From: an uncultured delta proteobacterium
Lineage (GTDB): Bacteria; Desulfobacterota; Binatia; UBA9968
Length of the DNA stretch: 64,000 nucleotides
Direction of reading: 5' to 3'
Assembly (NCBI GenBank): GCA_963727625.1
Contig: CAVSHR010000009.1
Location: 32,001 to 96,000 of the forward strand
Below, in pieces: positions 60,733-64,000 of the stretch; within the stretch, counting starts at the first letter, position 1, and the number at the start of each line of letters is the position of its first letter. The notes under the pieces are model-generated. The model was not told the DNA's origin, did no database searches, and was given only the letters and a program-made list of their open reading frames with translations. Position numbers and translations under genes: made by a program.

Positions 60733-61896
60733 ATGGGGATAGCATATGGTGATCTGATCGGCGGAGTGAGCGGCGACATGTTCGTCGCTGCCTTGCTCGA
60801 TCTCGGCCTATCGCTAAATAAAGTCCGGTCCGAACTAAAAAAGATCCCGACTCTCAAATTCGAAATCAAGACGGTTAAAAAGCACGTTCACTTGATACGT
60901 GCTACACAGCTCAAAGTCATTTGCGCAAAAGACGAGGCGCCGCGATCGTGGAAACAAATCCGCGACCTGATCGAGCGGAGCAAACTCGACGCCGAGGTTA
61001 AAACAACCGGGATCGCGGTTTTTTCTCGGCTGGCACAAGCCGAAGCGAAGATCCACGGCGTCGCGGTCGATCGCGTCCACTTTCACGAAGTCGGCGCCAC
61101 CGACTCCATCGTCGACATCATTGCCGCCGCCATCGGCATTCAAACCCTCGGCATCGACTCGTTTCACTTCTCGCCAATTCCTCTGGGCCGAGGCGTCGCC
61201 CGTTCGCTGCACGGCCCGCTTCCCGTGCCCGGCCCCGCGACTCTCGAGCTCCTCAAAGGGCTGCCGGTCTTCGGCGTCGATGTGGGAAGCGAAACGGTCA
61301 CGCCCACCGGCGCGGCGATTCTGCGCACCCTGGGGCAGGGATTTGGCGGCCAACCGGCCATGAAAATCGCCAAGATCGGCTACGGCGCGGGACAGAAGGA
61401 ATTCGCCGATCGTCCCAATCTTTTTCGCGTTGTCCTCGGCGAGCCGGATTTATCCTGTCAAACCGAAGAAATGCTGGTCATCGAAACCAACATCGACGAC
61501 ATGAACCCGCAGTTCTACGATTATGTCATGGCTCGTTTGTTCGCGGCCGGCGCGCGCGATGTTTTTTTGACGCCGATCCAGATGAAAAAGAACCGCCCCG
61601 CGACCCTGCTCAGCGTGATCGCCGACCCACCGGATCGTGACAAGCTCGCAAAGATTATTTTCGAGGAAACTTCGACCCTCGGCCTTCGCTCCTACCCGGT
61701 GCGCCGCCTGGTGCTCAAGCGCCGCTCAAAAAAATTAAAAACCCGCTTCGGCGAAGTCGCGATCAAAATCGTCGAACAGCCCGACGGGAGCAAGAAAGCT
61801 TCAGTGGAGTACGATGATCTAAAGCGCATCGCCGCCGCCAACAAATTGCCGATCAAACTCGTCCGTCAAGAAATCCTGCGCCTGGTTGGGGAATAG
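60733..61896 (+). CDS. larC: Nickel pincer cofactor biosynthesis protein (Ni insertase)
   Basis: GVSGDM, HFHEVGATDSIVD, TPTGAA, ETNIDD and MKKNRP motifs. Confidence 0.93.
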   Translation: MGIAYGDLIGGVSGDMFVAALLDLGLSLNKVRSELKKIPTLKFEIKTVKKHVHLIRATQLKVICAKDEAPRSWKQIRDLIERSKLDAEVKTTGIAVFSRLAQAEAKIHGVAVDRVHFHEVGATDSIVDIIAAAIGIQTLGIDSFHFSPIPLGRGVARSLHGPLPVPGPATLELLKGLPVFGVDVGSETVTPTGAAILRTLGQGFGGQPAMKIAKIGYGAGQKEFADRPNLFRVVLGEPDLSCQTEEMLVIETNIDDMNPQFYDYVMARLFAAGARDVFLTPIQMKKNRPATLLSVIADPPDRDKLAKIIFEETSTLGLRSYPVRRLVLKRRSKKLKTRFGEVAIKIVEQPDGSKKASVEYDDLKRIAAANKLPIKLVRQEILRLVGE

Positions 61897-61917
61897 CCTG
61901 CCGCAGAAAACCCAGAG

Positions 61918-63180
61918 ATGTCCGACAACCTGTCCGGCAACGACGACAGATTGGTTCCGTTTCGCCCCTGGGCGTCGCTGCGCCATCGCGATTACAGCTT
62001 CCTGTTTTTGTTTTCGCTTTTCGCCACCACCGCCCAGCAGATGCGCGTGACGCAAAATTTCTATCAGGTTTACGAGATCTCGGGGTCGGCTTTTCAACTC
62101 GGTCTCACCGGCCTGGCGCAGGGGATTCCGATCTTTGCGCTCGGTCTGTTCGGCGGCACGCTGGCCGATTTCCTTGACCGCAAGAAACTGCTCTTGATCA
62201 CGACCTTCGGAAATCTCCTCGTCGCCGTCGCCCTGGGAGTGTTGACGCTGACCGGCCTCATCGAAGTGTGGCACATCCTGGTCGGCACCGCGGTCACCTC
62301 CGGGCTCAACATCGTCCTCAACCCGACGCGCATGGCACTGATTTCTCGTCTCGTGCCGCGCTCTCATTTGACCAATGCCGTGTCGCTAAACTCGAGTGTT
62401 TCCCAAGGCTCGCACTTCATCGGCCCGATGCTCGGCGGCTTGAGCCTAGCCTGGATGACCACGGGAAACGCTTACCTGTTCAACGCTTTGTTTTACCTGC
62501 CGGCGGCCATCGCCGTGGTCCTGTTGAAAGTTCCGGCGATCGACCAGAGCGAGCGGGAAACATTTTCGCCCGGCAGCATTTTGGGCGGTCTGCGCTTTTT
62601 ATTCTCCGAGCCGATCATTCTCGCCCTGGTTCTGCTCGACTTCACCATTGTCGGAGTCGGCTACTACCGGCCGCTGTTGCCGATCTTCGCCAAGGATATT
62701 CTTTTCGTCGGTCCCGCCGGTTTCGGCGCGCTTTCCTCGGCACCCGCAGTGGGCGGCATCCTCGGCACCGTCACGATTCTGTTTTTCGGCGACGTCAAGC
62801 GCAAAGGGCTGCTCGCCCTCTGGGCGTTTCTGAGTTATGCGATTGCTCTGGGTTTCTTTGCGGTTTCGGCGAGCTTCGCGCTGTCGCTGCTGCTGCTCGG
62901 CGCCATGGGCCTGGCCAATTCGCTGCAAGCGGTCATGCGCCAGACGACTTTTCACCTGCTAACTCCCGATCACCTGCGCGGCCGTGCCTTTTCAGTTTTC
63001 AATATGTTTTCCCAGGGCGCCAACTCCGTCGGCGCCACCGAAGTCGGCTTTGTGGCCGTGCTCCTCGGCGCGCCGGGCTCGCTGCTCTTCGGCTGCGCCG
63101 TCGGCGGACTATTGACTGTGGGCTGTTGGATTATGATGCCGGGGTTAAGAAGTTTCGGCGCCGAAATGCGCCAACGCTGA
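61918..63180 (+). CDS. MFS transporter
   Basis: About 12 TM segments; GGTLADFLDRKK motif A and LRGRAFS. Confidence 0.9.
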   Translation: MSDNLSGNDDRLVPFRPWASLRHRDYSFLFLFSLFATTAQQMRVTQNFYQVYEISGSAFQLGLTGLAQGIPIFALGLFGGTLADFLDRKKLLLITTFGNLLVAVALGVLTLTGLIEVWHILVGTAVTSGLNIVLNPTRMALISRLVPRSHLTNAVSLNSSVSQGSHFIGPMLGGLSLAWMTTGNAYLFNALFYLPAAIAVVLLKVPAIDQSERETFSPGSILGGLRFLFSEPIILALVLLDFTIVGVGYYRPLLPIFAKDILFVGPAGFGALSSAPAVGGILGTVTILFFGDVKRKGLLALWAFLSYAIALGFFAVSASFALSLLLLGAMGLANSLQAVMRQTTFHLLTPDHLRGRAFSVFNMFSQGANSVGATEVGFVAVLLGAPGSLLFGCAVGGLLTVGCWIMMPGLRSFGAEMRQR

Positions 63181-63200
63181 GGAAACGATCTAAACGCTTT

Positions 63201-63235
63201 TTATCTTTATCCTTTATCCTTCCGCCCTTATCCTT
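63201..63235. repeat. Short tandem heptamer tract between convergent genes
   Basis: TTATCTT TATCCTT TATCCTT CCGCCCT TATCCTT. Confidence 0.6.
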
Positions 63236-63239
63236 CTGG

Positions 63240-64000
63240 CTATTTCAGATATCCCCGCTCGCGATAAAACTTTCTCGCGCCGGGATGAAGCGGCACGTCA
63301 TAGGGCGCCTCTTCACCGTTGGCACAGAGGTCAGCGATGCGCAGCGGTCGAAAATTGTCCGTCGGGATCGTTTTTCGCCGCGCTTCGAGCGCTTCGCAGA
63401 GGGCGTAGGCCACGTCGTTCGGCATGTCGGCGCGCACCGCCATCGGCCAGCCGCTGAAATCGATGGTCGGCACGTCCGCCACCAAACCCTTAAACTGAGA
63501 CTTGGGAACAAAGCCCGGCCGGTAGCCCATCGCTTTGAGGCGTCTGAGCAGCGCTCCATCGATGGGCAGATAGCGAAAGCCATGTTCGAGTGCCGACTGA
63601 CCCCAGCTCTTGATGCCCTCGTCGAACACCGCGTTGATCGCGCCGCTTTCGATGCCGGCGCGCCGGTCGGGGTGGCTCGGCCGCGACACCGCTTGAATCT
63701 TGCCGCCCCACTTGCGCAGATCGTCAATGCTAAACCCGGCGGCCTTGAGCGCCGCGTGCACCATGAAGGTCACCGGACTCTCGATCATATCGCGCTTGCC
63801 CACCGGCCCGGTGGAAAGGCGCAGCGGAAAACGATTTTCTTTGATTTGCGCGAGCGAAGTGATGCCGGTGGACTCGTGCACCGCAAAGCCCATCACGTCC
63901 CAGGAGGGAAACGTGCCGATGACGCGCAATGGAATGCGCCCTTTGAGCGGCCCGGTGCCCCGGTAGGCAAGCGTCACTGACGCCGAAGGATTGATCCACG
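63240..64000 (-). CDS. TAXI-family TRAP transporter solute-binding protein (5' end outside the window)
   Basis: C-terminal VPLHPGARKFYRERGYL and DVPT motifs; frame open to the window edge. Confidence 0.75.
   Translation of the reverse strand, partial: WINPSASVTLAYRGTGPLKGRIPLRVIGTFPSWDVMGFAVHESTGITSLAQIKENRFPLRLSTGPVGKRDMIESPVTFMVHAALKAAGFSIDDLRKWGGKIQAVSRPSHPDRRAGIESGAINAVFDEGIKSWGQSALEHGFRYLPIDGALLRRLKAMGYRPGFVPKSQFKGLVADVPTIDFSGWPMAVRADMPNDVAYALCEALEARRKTIPTDNFRPLRIADLCANGEEAPYDVPLHPGARKFYRERGYLK

Noticed and set aside
62268-63980. 570-aa plus-strand ORF
   Set aside because: Arg-rich off-frame overlap of the MFS gene and antisense of the TAXI gene.

Overview
Gene-dense, GC-rich bacterial chromosomal window. 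Gene order (pgpA-cinA-thpR-recA-recX-alaS) and gene content suggest a Deltaproteobacteria-like lineage such as Ca. Binatia; this is inference. Mostly core genes: glmS/glmU, moaBDE, hemW, a MetE-like enzyme, queC, a DUF58/vWA cluster, phoH, an htrA-like protease, a heat-shock island (3 Hsp20, DnaJ, MerR-like modulator, GroESL), a stand-alone 2-oxoacid dehydrogenase E1 pair, an 11-subunit complex I operon without nuoEFG, larC and transporters. The most unusual part is 13.7-19.8 kb. On the minus strand is a cupin / divergent asparaginase-fold / nitrile hydratase-like run. Its catalytic subunit keeps CTLCSC but carries an internally repeated ~150-aa N-terminal extension, and it is paired only with a stand-alone SH3-like beta fragment. 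Divergently transcribed is a SCO - VKOR-thioredoxin - rhodanese operon. The rhodanese has an in-frame UGA at its catalytic position followed by a SECIS-like hairpin, so it is probably an exported selenoprotein that the ORF track truncates. Also seen: recX in frame with recA with no canonical start codon, several gene remnants (cytochrome c, yjbQ, GT2/methyltransferase junction, ABC binding protein) and a short GAACC repeat family that has entered a coding region. No rRNA, tRNA, CRISPR array or transposase was recognised.
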